A stretch of 64,000 nucleotides of DNA from NCBI GenBank assembly GCA_964016885.1, contig OZ024762.1, forward strand, positions 6,448,001-6,512,000, in the 5' to 3' direction. Of the stretch, positions 37,413 through 51,530 are shown one piece after another. This stretch comes from Eledone cirrhosa (lineage: Eukaryota). Numbering within the stretch: the stretch's first letter is position 1; every line of letters starts with the position of its first letter. Under the pieces are notes generated by a model, which made no database searches, was not told the origin of the DNA, and saw only the letters and a list, made by a program, of their open reading frames with translations. A program made the position numbers and the translations under genes.

Positions 37413-37476
37413 ATGACCCCACTCTACAAAGAAGACACTTAGATCCGAAGAGGACCCAAATATAACAAAACTTTAC

Positions 37477-37568
37477 CGAAATCCATTTTCATCTTCATAT
37501 TCGTGGTTCTCGTCATCGCTGTCCTGGTCAGGGGCCACAAACACCACTTCCAGTTCAATCTGACCTTG
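37477..37568 (-). CDS. GOPC: GOPC exon, end of PDZ plus acidic motif ([31 protein letters not shown])
   Basis: Manual translation matches the GOPC [21 protein letters not shown] motif; ttttcag acceptor, gtaaag donor; 92 bp. Confidence 0.95.
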
Positions 37569-37599
37569 CTGAAAACAACAAAACAAAGTAAGTTTAGGC

Positions 37600-38285
37600 C
37601 ATCACCATCACCACCATCATCATCGTTATTACCACCATCACCATCACCACCATCATCATCGTTACCACCATCACTATCATTACCACCATCACTATCACCA
37701 TCATCATTACCATCACCACCATCACCATCACTATCATTACCATCATCACCATCACTATCATTACCATCATCATCATTACTATCATTACCACCATTACCAC
37801 CATCACCATTACCACCATCACCACCATCACCATCACTATCATTACCATCATTACCACCATCATCATTACTATCATTACCACCATTACTATCATTACCATC
37901 ATTACCACCATCACCATCACCATCATTACCACCATCATCATTACCATCACTATCATTACCATCATTACCACCATCACCATTACCATCATTACCACCATCA
38001 CCATCATTAGCATCACTATCATTACCACCATCACCATTACCATCATCACTATCATTACCACCATCACCACCATCATCATTACCATCATCACTATCATTAC
38101 CACCATCACCACCATCATCATTACCATCATCACTATCATTACCACCACCACTATCATCATCATCATCATCCCTATCATCACCGCCACCACCATCATCAAC
38201 ACCACCACTACCGCCACCACCACCACCACTATCATCACCACCACCACCATCACCACCATCATAACCATCATCAGCTACAGCATCA
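37600..38285. repeat. (CAT/CAC/TAC)n trinucleotide tract
   Basis: Direct inspection. Confidence 0.95.
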
Positions 38286-39880
38286 TTAATGTTAAGATTT
38301 TATGTCTCTTTTTTTTGCATGTCCAATGTTGGGTGCCATGATAAAAATCACTCAGTCCACATTGTAAGGTGGTGGTGGTGGTGATGATGATGGTGATGGT
38401 GGTGATGGTGATGATGGTGATCATGAGTCCCTCTGAGGGTCTGTGTCCTGGCTGGCAGCTTAGTTGGCTTTAATGGAAGCATCAAGACTGGCAGTTGTTG
38501 TTACTTTTTAGCCCCAGGTCAACTTTGAAGATCCAGCAACGTGCCTCTCTGAAGGTATGTGCCCCTGGGCAACAACTGCTGCCAAGTTGGCTTAAATGGT
38601 AGCACCAACTCTGGCTGTTGTTATTGTTTAGCCCCCCCCCCCCCCCCCCTGTCATCATTTACAGATCAGCAATGTGAGGGTCAGTGCCTTAGCTGGCTGC
38701 CTAGTTGGCCTTAAAGCTGGCACTAACCCTGATTATTGCTGTTGTTGTTAATGTTGTTGTTATTTAGCCCCAGGTCAGAATTTAAGGTTCAGTAATTTTC
38801 TATATAGGCAGCGAATTGGCAGAGTTATTAGAATATCAGATAGAATGCTTTGTGACATTCATTTTGGCTTTCTACTCTCTGAGGTCAAATCCTGTTGTGG
38901 TTAACTTTGACTTTCATCCATTCGAAGTTGATAAAAAATCAGTACCAGTCAAGTACTGGGGGACGATTCTTCTTCTATATCTCTTTTCCACTTCCCTTCT
39001 GTTACTTTCTATTCTTTTATGGAAGAAATCTGCTGTATTTAGACCAGGAGAGGAGATGGGTTCTGCCAGGTTTAGAAATACCCTAGAAGCATTGTATGTC
39101 AATATGTTACCCCTACAACTCCCTCAGGAGCCATGGAACCATGCAATTTACCACAGTGCTCTGGGCAACTGCCTAGTTGTCCTTAAGGGTAGCACCAACC
39201 CTGGCAGTTGTTGTTATATATGATAACATTGTTGTTATTGTTTAGCCCCAGGTTAGCCTTTAAGGTCCATCAATGAGGGTTTGTACCCTAGCAGGCTGCT
39301 TAGTTGGCTTTAAGGTTAGCACCAGCCCTGTTGTTGATGTCATTGTTACTGTTTAGCCCGAGGTTAGCCTTTAAGGTCAACGCAGAGCCTCTCAGAGGGT
39401 CTGTGCCCATGGGCAACAACTGATGCCAAGTTGGCCTTAATATCAGCACCGACCCTGCCCATGTATCATATATTATTGTTTCTACATTTGGCACAAGGCC
39501 AGCAACTTGATATAAAGGGGGAAAGTTGATTAAATCAACTCCAGTGCATTACTGGTATGTAAGGATGAAAGGCAAAGCTAACCTCAGTGGAATTTGAACT
39601 CAGAATTTAAAGGGCTGTAACTATATGCCACAAAAGTTGTTGCCCAATGCTCTACTGATTCTGCCATTTTTTCCCAAAATAATAATAATTGTTTCTACAT
39701 TTGGTACAAGGCCAGCAATTTGAAAAGAAGGGGAAAGCTGATTTAACAGACCCCAGTGCATTACTGGTAATTTATTTTATCGACCCCCGTAAGTATGAAA
39801 GGCAATCCGCTGCCAAAACACTGCCTTTCAAGTATCATATATAACACATACATATAATAACAATGTGAACAAATTCTTAC

Positions 39881-40045
39881 CTGTTGAGACAAAATCTGGA
39901 CAGCATCTGAATGTTTCACATTCCTTAAGTCATCACCATTTACAGACAAGATGGCATCTCCAACATACAGACCTTCACATCTCTCAGCAGGTTGGCCAGG
40001 GTGGATTTCAGATATCAGAATTGGTACTCCATGTTCTTTGCCACC
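39881..40045 (-). CDS. GOPC: GOPC exon, PDZ core ([37 protein letters not shown]...ILSQQ)
   Basis: Close match to the GOPC PDZ domain; atttcag acceptor, gtaaga donor; 165 bp. Confidence 0.97.
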
Positions 40046-40634
40046 CTGAAATCATAAAGATACCACAGCTTTCCTCATTGGATTCATTTTCCAAATCTAA
40101 TTCATTAAATCCTGTGTTAATTAGTAAACAACACCTTACGGGTAATTACATGAAGAGGCATGAGTTTACACATTATAATTAACCCAGGTAATTAGTGAAC
40201 ATATTGTTACCACCACCGCCACTGCCGTTGCTGATACTACTACAACTATTATTACTGCCACCACCACCACCACCACTACCACCTCTACTATTATTTAGTT
40301 TCAACACAGTTTCATATCAAATCACTTATGTGACATGTACAAACTGTGGCTAAAATGACTCTCCAATGATATTACTTTAATTTCAACACATGCCTAGTAA
40401 TTTACTAGCCATGTAGAACTGAAGCTAAAATGATTCTTTTGTGATGTAATTGCTTTAGTTTCAATGGTGTTTCAGATCAAGTCACCTGCCAGACATGTAC
40501 AACTGTAGCTAAAATGACTCTTCCATACATTTATTGCTTTGGTTTCAACACAATCTCAGATCAAGTCATTTACCTAACAAGTGGAATAAGTGGACTAACT
40601 GCTCCATGAACAGCTTACTCATGAAATTAACATG

Positions 40635-40950
40635 TATGAGGTACATTCTAGAAGTTTTTAGACTTTTTCTAGCGAGACATTTGTTAATTTCAAAGAAGTA
40701 CAAAGCCCTTTCCTTCAAAGTAGGATCCTCTGACTTCAATCCACTTATTGTAGTCCTCCAGCTACTTCATGAGGGGGCCCCATGGAAGTGCTTCAAAGTG
40801 AAAGTGTCCAGGACCCTTGCCATAACTTCCTTTATCTTCTCAATGTCTTCAAAACAACTTCCCCTGAAGTTCTCCTCCTTCAGCTTAGGTAACAACCAAA
40901 GGTCAAAGGGAGCAAGGCTTGAATTGTAGGGAGGATGGGGGACAGTTTTG
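40635..40950 (-). mobile_element. Mariner transposase C-terminal fragment with terminal repeat
   Basis: [23 protein letters not shown] is a degenerate HPPYSPDLAPxD motif; GSYFEG-like C-terminus. Confidence 0.88.
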
Positions 40951-40971
40951 TATATATACACACACACATAA

Positions 40972-41046
<75 letters not shown>

Positions 41047-42350
41047 TACATATATATATATATACACATATATATATACATACATATATATATATATATA
41101 CATATGTACATGAGAGTTTTTTCCCTTTTCTTATGCTGCCAGACTTGTTTGTTGGAAAAATCTGCAAATGGCTTGCATAAACTCATGCAGTGCTTGCGAA
41201 ATGGAAAGATTGTATGCTTTCCAACAAACAAGTCTGGCAGAATGTCAGTAGACAGCCTGCCAAGCTACATCCAGGCAATGCAACCCCACATCATCAACAC
41301 AAGAGAGGTAACACTACAAGAGCATGAGGAAAGGGAGAAAACCCTCAACGCTCACATGATGATGTGGACTAGTACAATAAATGGACTGCTAACAACTTCC
41401 AGGCCTGGAACAATGACATACCAACGCTGTATGGGCTTCACAAAGACCACAAGGCAAATAGTGACCCAGTCACAGGACCACCAACACGGGGTCGATAAAA
41501 TAAAGTACCAGTGATACACTGGAGTAATAGCTGGCCTTGTGCCAAAAGTAGAAACATTTATTTAACCATAATAAATGAGTATACAGTAATATAACTGTTT
41601 CTACTTTTGGCACAATACCAGCAATTACTGGTACTTTATTTTATCGACCCCCTGTAAGGATGAAAGGCAAAGTGAACCTCGGCGGGATTTGAACTCAGAT
41701 CGTAAAGGGACGTAACTATGCTGGAAAGCATGGCGTCCGACTCTCTACCGATACTACCAATTCACCGCCCTATACAGTATACAGCAATATAACGAATAAG
41801 GGAAACAACTCATGATTTATTATACGAGTTACCTCCCCTGTTTATATCAACTTGTACCCAGTATGTGTCTCACTATGAGGGCTTAGACAGATTAATTGTT
41901 ACTACCTTTGGCATGTCTTTTTCAACAGACTTTTGGCATGAAGTTATGCTTTCTGTCTCTTCACCTAATGGTGATAATAATTGTTTCTACTTTTGGCACA
42001 AGGCCAGCAATTACCCAGTACATTACTGGTACTTTATTTTATCGAACCCGTAAGGCTGAAAGGCAAAGTTAACCTCGACGGGATTTGAACTCAGATCGTA
42101 AAGGGGCGTAACTCTATGCTGAAAAGCATGGCGTCCGACCCTCTCCCGATACTGCCAATTCACCATGGTGATAATAATGATAATGATGTTCCAAACACCA
42201 GCTTAATAACGAGGAACTTATATTACAAACTTCCTTCCAAATTTTTATTATTTTCAAAATTAATTGAAAAAACAGTATAAGTATATTTTATTAAAAATAT
42301 GGTGATGAAAGGGTTAAAGTGATTATATTATATCTATCTAATGAAAGGGT

Positions 42351-42564
42351 TTAACCCTTCTCTTTTACATTACTTTATATATACTATTGTATTTTCATGG
42401 TAAACACTTTATTTCACATAATATCAAATCTATGAGATTTTGGTATTATTTTTTTGAGAAGAATACCTTAACATAAGAATGAGTAGCCATTTACAGCTGG
42501 TTTGAGCAGAAAGGGGTGAGAGAATTCTGGCTGGATACGACCGGTTTAAATGCTATAGGGTTAA
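42351..42564. mobile_element. piggyBac-like MITE (related to 55827-56126)
   Basis: TTAA-CCCT...AGGG-TTAA ends; internal similarity to the 55827 copy. Confidence 0.65.
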
Positions 42565-42995
42565 GTGATTATATTATATCTAAAAAACCTTTCATCATAA
42601 TTTTATATTAAGTTATGTTTCAAACCCAGCTTAATAATGAGAAAATTATATTCCATCATGGTCAGTGTCTTTCATGAGTGATATGACAATGAAAGGGTGT
42701 AAGTGTTTATATGTATTATTTTCATAATTTATGTAAGAACCTTTGTTAAGTTATGATCCCAAAACACCAGAATTTTAAAATTATTTTTAAAATTAATTGA
42801 AACATATTAGAAGTGTATTTTATAAGAAATAAGATAATCAAAGAGTTAAAGTGTTTATATTTATCTAAAAACCTATCCTAATGTATGTAAGAGCCTATGT
42901 TAAGTTATGTTCCAAACACCATATTAACAAGAAAGTTATTTTGCAAAATCCTTCCATATTCCTGATTATTTTCAAAATGATTTAAAAACCATAGG

Positions 42996-43560
42996 GCAGT
43001 GTCTTTCATTAGAAATATGGTAATGAAAGGGTTAAACATAGGCAGTGTCTTTCATTAGAAATATGGTAATGAAAGGGTTAAACATAAGCAGTGTCTTTCA
43101 TTAGAAATATGGTAATGAAAGGGTTAAACATAGGCAATGTCTTTCATTGGAAATATGGTAATGAAAGGGTTAAACATAGGTAGTGTCTTTCATTGGAAAT
43201 ATGGTAATGAAAGGGTTAAACATAGGCAGTGTCTTTCATTAGAAATATGGTAATGAAAGGGTTAAACATAAGCAGTGTCTTTCATTAGAAATATGGTAAT
43301 GAAAGGGTTAAACATAGACAGTGTCTTTCATTAGAAATATGGTAATGAAAGGGTTAAACATAGGCAGTGTCATTCATTGGAAATATGGTAATGAAAGGGT
43401 TAAACATAGGCAGTGTCTTTCATTGGAAATATGGTAATGAAAGGGTTAAACATAGGCAGTGTCTTTCATTGGAAATATGGTAATGAAAGGGTTAAACATA
43501 GGCAGTGTCTTTCATTGGAAATATGGTAATGAAAGGGTTAAACATAGGCAGTGTCTTTCA
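42996..43560. repeat. 44-bp tandem array, about 13 copies
   Basis: CATAGGCAGTGTCTTTCATTRGAAATATGGTAATGAAAGGGTTAAA. Confidence 0.97.
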
Positions 43561-43954
43561 TCTTTTATAGTTACTAACTGGAGTATATGGTTATGTCTAA
43601 CTAGAGATACAGGGTTACATAGAAAGGAGTTGTAGTTACTAACTATAGCTTATGTTCATGTTTATCTAGATGGATATATAGATACAAAGAAGCTGATCGT
43701 TGCTAATCTTAGACTCATAAAACAATAAATTTAAAGAACCAATCATTGTTAGGACTATGTCTGTGTGTGTGTGTGTGTGTGAGTTGGCACCAACCATTTT
43801 GGTGATGGTATTATTAATATCAGAGATAAAAGACGCATCCACTCCCAACTCCCATATTACAAACCCCTATTTACCCTCCCCTCCCACACCCTCCCAGGAC
43901 CCATGTCTCCAAATAAAGATAAAGATATCTAACTATTGTTGGTGGCAGAAGGAT

Positions 43955-44725
43955 GTGGTGGTGGTGGTGGTGGTGGTGATGGTGGTGGTGATGGTGGTGG
44001 TGGTGGTGGTGGTAGTGGTGGTGATGGTGGTGGTGATGGTGGTGGTGATGGTGGTGGTGGTGGTGGTGATGGTGGTGCAAGTTGTGGTGGTGGTATGGTG
44101 GTGGTGGTGGTATGGTGGTGGTATGGTGTTTGGGGTGATGGTATGGCGGTGGAGGTGGTGGTGATGGTGGTGGTGGTGATGGTGGTGGTGATGGTGGTGG
44201 TGGTGATGGTGGTGGTAGTGGTGGTGGGTGTGGTGATGGTAGCGGTGGTGGTAGTGTTGTGGTGGTGGTGGTGACGGTGGTGGTATGGTGGTGGTGGTGG
44301 GTGTGGTAGAGGTGGTGGTGGGTGTGGTAGTGGTCGTGGTGGTGGTTGTGGTATGGTGGTGGTGGTAGTGGTATGGTGGTGGTAGTGGTGGTGGTGGTAG
44401 TGACTCTGGCAGTGGTGGTTGAGGTTGTGGTAGTGATGGTGATGATGATGGTAGTGATGGTTGTGGTAGTGGCATAGTGGGAGAGGTGGTGGTGATAGTG
44501 TTAGTGGGAGAAGTGGTGGTGATAGTGTTAGTGGGAGAGGTGGTAGTGGTAGTGTTAGTGTTGGTGGTGGCTGTGGTGGTAGTGCTGGTGGTGGTAGTGT
44601 TAGTGTTGGTGTTGGTAGTGTTAGTGTTGATGGTGGTAGTGTTGGTGTTGGTGGTGGTGGTGGCTGTGGTGATAGTGTTGGTGTTGGTGGTGGTAGTGTT
44701 AGTGTTGGCTGTGGTGGTAGTGGTA
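43955..44725. repeat. (GGT)n-type trinucleotide tract
   Basis: Direct inspection; source of the poly-H/P/T/V/G ORFs. Confidence 0.95.
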
Positions 44726-45125
44726 GTACCCCTACTCCACCCCACCCCCACTCCCACCCCCACCACCCCTTTCTCTGTAAAGTTATGTTGGTACCACAAC
44801 ATTCAGTCCTAAATAAATGAGGTTGTGTGGGTGTCACGACAAAAAAACAACAACACACAGACATGCTGTAATGTGGCCGTGTAAGTAACACAGTAAAGAC
44901 ATCCCAGTTTCCACACTGTAAACGTGGTTGGTGTTAGGAAGGGCATCCAGCCGTAGGAAACCTGCCAGACAGTCCCTATACGAGCGAGACATGGTCACCC
45001 GACCAACCTTGCCTCGAGTAGGACAAATTCAAGTCTAAACCCATGCTAGAGTGGAAGATAGACGTTGAATGTTGATGATGATGATGATGATATATTTGTA
45101 GAATCTGTGAGAAATTGAAGCTTAC

Positions 45126-45221
45126 CGTTATAGACATACCAAGACCTTCATCAGCTGATTTCACCAAATGAACTTTACGAACATCACCCAATCCATGACG
45201 TTTCTTTAGAGAAAGAAAATC
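45126..45221 (-). CDS. GOPC: GOPC exon, PDZ start (DFLSLKKRHGLGDVRKVHLVKSADEGLGMSIT)
   Basis: EGLGxSIT carboxylate-binding loop; ttcttag acceptor, gtaagc donor; 96 bp. Confidence 0.96.
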
Positions 45222-45235
45222 CTAAGAAAGAAAGA

Positions 45236-45595
45236 ATAAGAATAAGAATAAGAATAAGAATAAGAATAAGAATAATGACATGATGCTGAATGAAAACAAA
45301 AGCAATATATACAAACACACACACACACCGACCACAACTAAATATGGAATGATACGCGATGAGCCCCCGCCCACCACAGCCTCGGCGGTCAGAATGGGAA
45401 AGGCGTTTCCCTGGAGGACAGCAAGGGAGACACGCTGAAAAAGCCACTCCAACTCGCGGGGCTCACACCTGCGGCTGGCCAGCTCAGCGCCTATAGTGGT
45501 GAGTAAGGAGGTACCCTGGGGCCAAGGACACCAGATGGAGACTTCTGGTGTCCTTGGCCCTAGGGCTACCTTCCTACTCACCACCATAGGCGCAG
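45236..45595 (-). mobile_element. CRE-like retrotransposon 3' fragment with 5' inversion, adjoining (AATAAG)n
   Basis: RRCEPRELEWLFQRVSLAVLQGNA, homologous to 4789-5110; inverted repeat 45487-45535/45544-45593. Confidence 0.75.
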
Positions 45596-46200
45596 AATAA
45601 GAATTAAGCAGGTAATAACATTTAAAATAATAGACAGTGTCTTTCATTAGAAATATGCTAATAACAAGGTTAAACTACATATATTTATCTAAAAACCTCC
45701 ATTCATAATTTAATGTAAACATTTTTATGCTCCAAACAACTTTATATTGAGAAAATTAAATTCTTGATTATTTTCCAAATTAATTGAAAACAACAGGCAG
45801 TCTTTCATAGAAACATGGTAACAAAAGGATTGCGGCAGAAACATATATATATACACACACAAACATATATATATATATATATATATATATAAAGCACCCA
45901 GCACTCACTGGTGTTAGGAAGGGCATCCAGCTGTAGAAATCAAGCCAGAATCAGTTCCCGTCCCACCCTTGCAAGCAGGGAAAAGCGGACGTAAAATGAT
46001 GATGATGATGATGCTAGTGGAAGGAAGCTGCAGTAAAGGCAGACCAAGAAAGACCTGAGCAGAAGTGGTGAGAGTTGTGATTGATTCACAGAGGAGATGA
46101 CAAAGGAATGTGGTGAGTGGTGAGATGTTGTACTGAGAAGCTGAGGACTTGTCAAACTGTGGAAAAATCGATGTGATGATATATATATATATATATATAT

Positions 46201-46310
46201 AATAGAGGAATGACCCGGCGTTGCCCAGGTTACTGCGGTTCTTATTCAGATTAGTAAACAATAAATATGAAGATATATTTTTTTTCCTCATAATTATTCC
46301 ACTTGATGCG
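46201..46310 (-). mobile_element. Helitron-like 3' terminal fragment
   Basis: Minus strand CCTGGGCAACGCCGGGTC hairpin, similar to the 5749-5774 terminus. Confidence 0.5.
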
Positions 46311-47774
46311 GGATTGATCAGGAGACCGTGTCTCACTCATACAGAACTGTCCCAGGCTGGATGCCCTTCCTAACACCAACCACATTTACAGTGCGGACTG
46401 AGAGCCTTTTTAGCGTGTCCCCTACATGACCACTTTACAGTGTGAACTGGGTGTTTTTTGTCATGTCACCGACACATGTATGTGTGTGTGTGTGTGTGTA
46501 ACTGTGTGTTGCTGTTATGGAATACTTTGTATTTAGAAAGTGTCATAAGAGGGAGAGGGATGCTTTTTTTCGAGTTTGTCTCTTAACTTTAACCTTTAAC
46601 ACCTTAAGTTCTGTTTAGTGTTTGCTGATTACTGACGCACTTATATACACAGCCACATATACACACATACACTCCCCCCTACACACACATGCTCATCTCC
46701 CATATATATATATGAGCTTACAAACACAGCCACATGTTTAAATGTAGAAATACTTATACTTCGACATTAATGTGTGTTTGAGTGAATGTATGTGTATAAG
46801 CTATGTTGTGTGTGTGCATGTGTGTGCGTGTACCAGTAAAATATACATCCTAACAGCAGAATATCAGCGCAGAATTCCTTTCCTCTTTCGAGTTATTGTT
46901 CCATTCTACATCCTCTATAGCCTTAGTAACACCAACCCTATATCACACCCTCTATAGCCTTAGTAAATCCACTTCGACATTATAGCCTTTATATATATAT
47001 GTCTGTGGGTGTGTGTGTGTGTGTGTATGCCAAACATACACTTATAAAAAACACACACAGATATACATCTATACCAACACACACATTCATCCCCAGTGTT
47101 ACGTTATGTCAGTCATCATCATCATCGTTTAACGTCTATCTTCCACGCTAGCATGGGCTTAGACGGGAATTGGTCGGGAGACCGTGTCTCGCTCGTATAG
47201 GACTGTCTGGCAGGTTTTCTGGATGCCCTTCCTAACACCAACCATGTTTTCAGTGTGGACTGGGAGGTTTTTACTGTGTTACCTACACGGCCACATTACA
47301 GCGTGGACTGTATACTCACACACACACACATATACTTGTCAGTCGTCACATATGTATATGTATGTGTAGATGTGTGTGTGTTTAATTCTCTGTGTATCTG
47401 ATTAAATATTTACATGAAGATGTGTGTGTATGCAACTTACTAAGGCGCAATGTACATAACAAACGTGCAAACATACACACTCACTGACACATACACACTC
47501 ATATGCAAAATGTGACGTCATTGTCGTATTATTAAATGTCCGTTTACTTAGTTGACTATAGTAGATTATTTTAGATAAAATGTTATATTGTTTTAATCCA
47601 AATGAAAACAAATATTACATGTTGTTAACTACGGGGTATAATACCTTGTAAAATTTGATTTGATTTGGTTGAGCTGTTTGAGAATACATAAGTAAAAGAC
47701 AGACAGACAGAGAGACAAAGAATTTTATATATATATCAATCTATCGATATCTATATCTCTGTATGTAGGGGAAT

Positions 47775-48545
47775 AGGACACAGGTGCCCTCTGGGAAATG
47801 GCCATGCTCAGTGTGTAAGAAAGGAGTAGGTAGAAATTCCATTCTATGCCCCAAATGCAAATTATGGGTACATAAAAGATGTAGTGGGATCAGAGGTAAG
47901 CTATCTCAGAATGTAGATTTTATATGTGGCCGATGCTCAGGTGCAGTAAGTAGCAAGGGCCCACTAGATGCTATCTTCTTCAACTGCCCAGATGATTCTA
48001 TAGAAATAGTTGGCACTTTCCGTTACCTGGGTGACAAAATCAACAGTGGAAGTACAGCAGCCAGAGTTGGAGTAGGATGGAAAAAGTTCAGAGAGCTAAT
48101 ACCGCTGTTGGCCACAAGAGGTTTTTCTCTAAAAGTGAAAGGCAGATTGTATGATGCTTGTATATGAATGGCGATATTACATGGATATTATCTGGGCGTT
48201 GTGTGCTGAAGACTTGTGCGAACGGTGAAGCATAAACAAATTGAGAGGTATCAAATGTTGTATTCTGGAGAGGAGGTTGTGTTGGTATGGACATGTGATG
48301 CGTATGAGGGATGACAGCTGTATAAAAAGGTGCATAGCAATGAAAATTTATGGAAGCTATGAAGTGGGGAGACAGAAAAACCTGGGATGAGGTGATAAAA
48401 ACTGACCTTGCTCACTTACACCTCTCTAAGACAATGTCACTGGATCAAGATCTTTGGTGCCATGCAGTTATACAGAAGACCCGACTGCCATTGCATACAA
48501 ACCTACAGTCAGTAGGCACCTCTTAACTCAATATACACCCTGCCC
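47775..48545 (+). mobile_element. RTE-clade LINE 3' fragment
   Basis: PSGKWPCSVCKKGVGRNSILC...FRYLGD...KGRLYDAC; decayed downstream. Confidence 0.88.
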
Positions 48546-49256
48546 CACACACCCTACCCCATCCTCCCACTGTGTCGGTCACACAAGAAGCACCCAGTCC
48601 ACACTGTAAAGGTGGTTGGTGTTAGGAAGGGCATCCAGATATAAGCACACACATTCATACATATACATCCACACAAACACAAACACACAGACATAAACAC
48701 ACACTTACAAACATTCATACATCCATACCCCCCCACAAACACACACATACTAATACATACATAAATGCACACATCCACACATACACAGACATAAACACAC
48801 ACACACACACACACACACAATACATACACAGACATAAACACACACACATACATACATACACCCACACACATACATACACACATATATCTTCTCTCCATTT
48901 ACATATGTTGTGCTACTTAATATTTTACACAAATTAACAAAAACCGAGAGTCTAAGAAAACAGAATTATTTCTTCCAAGTTGGTAACAGAATAATTTAGT
49001 TTGAACAATGGATAATATTATTACACAAATTACATTCTCCAGGCTGTTACAGAAAAAAATACCTCTCCACCTTTCCCTTCAACATCAACACCCCTCTACC
49101 CCCTACAAGAACGAGAATAGTAAAGTTCCTCTGACACTGAAAAAAATCTATTTAAAACTCATGGAAATTACATAGGGTCTATTACCATGATGATGTTTTT
49201 TTTAATTTCTTCTTCTTCTCATTTAGGAGAATGGGGTCTGGTGGATGGAGTGGGGG

Positions 49257-49420
<164 letters not shown>

Positions 49421-50317
49421 GACAGAAAAAGAAGGAGAGAGCGACGAACAATGAATGTGGAAGTTGAGCACCAGTGATGAATGTTGTGAAGAGAAATGGA
49501 ATGAGATGGTTTGGTCATGTGTTGAGGAAGGGTGCCAGCCAATTCCTCTGATACCAAGTGTTTTTCTGCAGCTCTCTTATACCATTGTGCAGTAAATTCT
49601 TTCAATGAATCTCTGTTGCAATCTTTTAATTCCGTTTGTCATTTAAACATTTTAAAATAATAAATCAAATTTAATATTTATGGGTTTGTTATTTTGATGA
49701 TTATCTGCAGCTTAATATTCGAGGATTTACAAACAGCAACAACAATGGCAGCTAACACTAACATTACCACCACCATCATGTGGCTCCACTCTCAATATTT
49801 CACCTCACTAGCACCACCACCACCATCAGCACCAACACCACCACCACATAAGTAGCTAGCAACAACCACCACCACCACCAACATCATCACAATTATGACA
49901 ATAACCACCACCTCCTCCACAACCCCCAACACCACCACCACCTCCTCCACAACCACAAACACCATGACCACCACCACCACCACCTGCACAACCACCAACA
50001 CCAACACCAACACCACGACCACCACCTCCACAACCACCAACACCAGCACCATCACCCAGTCCTAAACAGATTAAAAACCTGACAAGTTATAAATAAAGTC
50101 CCAAATATATTGATGTTATTGAGATAATTCAAATCCTGGTTTAAAAGCTTAAGACATGAATATTTTAATTCTTAACATCTTGTACCAAATGAAACCACAT
50201 TAGCAAGACGTTCTTGAAAACTACAAAACAGCACTATGACTGCATCACGTTAAACATTAAAGTCTTTACACTAATACTGCAAATCTTTACCAAAATCTGT
50301 TCACTAGTAAGATATAA

Positions 50318-51530
50318 TCATCATCATCATCATTTTACGTCCGCTTTTCCTTGCTTGCAAGGGTGGGATGGGTCCTTTTCAGCACAGCATCTCTCCATTC
50401 ATCATGGTCCTTCATCATCTCCTCTGTGAGCTTCAGCGATCTGAGGTCAGCTCTCACCACCTTCGCCCATGATTTTCGTGGTCTTCCTCTACTGTGTCTT
50501 CCTTCCACCAGTATTTCTTGGCACTTCTTTACTCAGCGGTCATCCTCCATGCGCATCACATGTTCAAATCATCGCACACTATAACTTATCCCTCTTATAC
50601 ACAGTTTCTCTCTCAACTCGTCTATGCTTGGTCGTTCACGCACATTGACATTGCACATCCAACAGAGTATGCTTGCTTCATTTCTCTCCAGCCGTCGTAT
50701 ATCCTCTGCAGTCGTTGCTCATGTCTCACTACCATGCAGCATCGCGCATCTCACACAGGCATCATATAACCAGCCTTTCGTTCGTAGAAAGAAACCCTTC
50801 TTTGTCAACAAAGGAAGCAGCTCCCTAAACTTCTTCCCATCCTTATTTTAGATACTATGGCCTTGGAGCATCCTCTTCCCTTGCTAATCTGATCACCTAG
50901 GTATCGGAAGCTATCAACCACCTCTATAGATCCTACCTGCATTTGAAAAATGTGTCTATCACTGCGACTTCTACTATCAAATTTCCCTGTACATCTACTG
51001 CATGTGTAGTTTTCGCTACCTGTTAATTTGCCTGCTATCCCACTACATCCCTTGTGTACCCAAAATCTGCATTGTATACATTTTATAGAATTTATGCCAG
51101 TTCCTTTTCTGCATATCGAACATGGCCATTTCCCTGACGGAATCAGGGTTTTGTCCTCCTTCCTACTTATCAATACTTTTGTATTAGCTAGGTTCACTCT
51201 CAGTGCTCTTGATTCTAACTGCTGTTTCCATAGTCGGAAGTTATTCTCTAGCTCCTCTACTGATTCTGCTATAAGAACTAGATCGTCAGCATAGAGAAGT
51301 TCCCATGGGCAGCCAATCTTAAACTCCTCTGCTATGGCTTGGAGGACTATAATGAATAAGAGTGGACTGAAGACTGAACCCTGATGCACTTCTACTTGTA
51401 TCTGGAATTCTTCACTAAACTCTATTCCTACCCTCACTTTACTGACAGATCCTCTGTACATAGCTTGCACTGTCCTCACAAGCCATTCCTCAACACCTAG
51501 TTTCCATAGGGACCACCAGATGACAGATCA
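50318..51530 (-). mobile_element. RTE-clade LINE, 5'-truncated (RT, Cys-rich region, (GAT)n tail)
   Basis: VHQGSVFSPLLF...LLYADDLVL...FRYLGD. Confidence 0.93.

Noticed and set aside
36478-38271. 300-aa Cys/Val/Met-rich and Pro/Ser-rich ORFs
   Set aside because: CA-rich and CAT/CAC repeats; the only real coding sequence here is the 92-bp GOPC exon
47784-48167. PHD-finger-like host gene
   Set aside because: The Cys-rich segment lies inside RTE LINE copies repeated four times in the window
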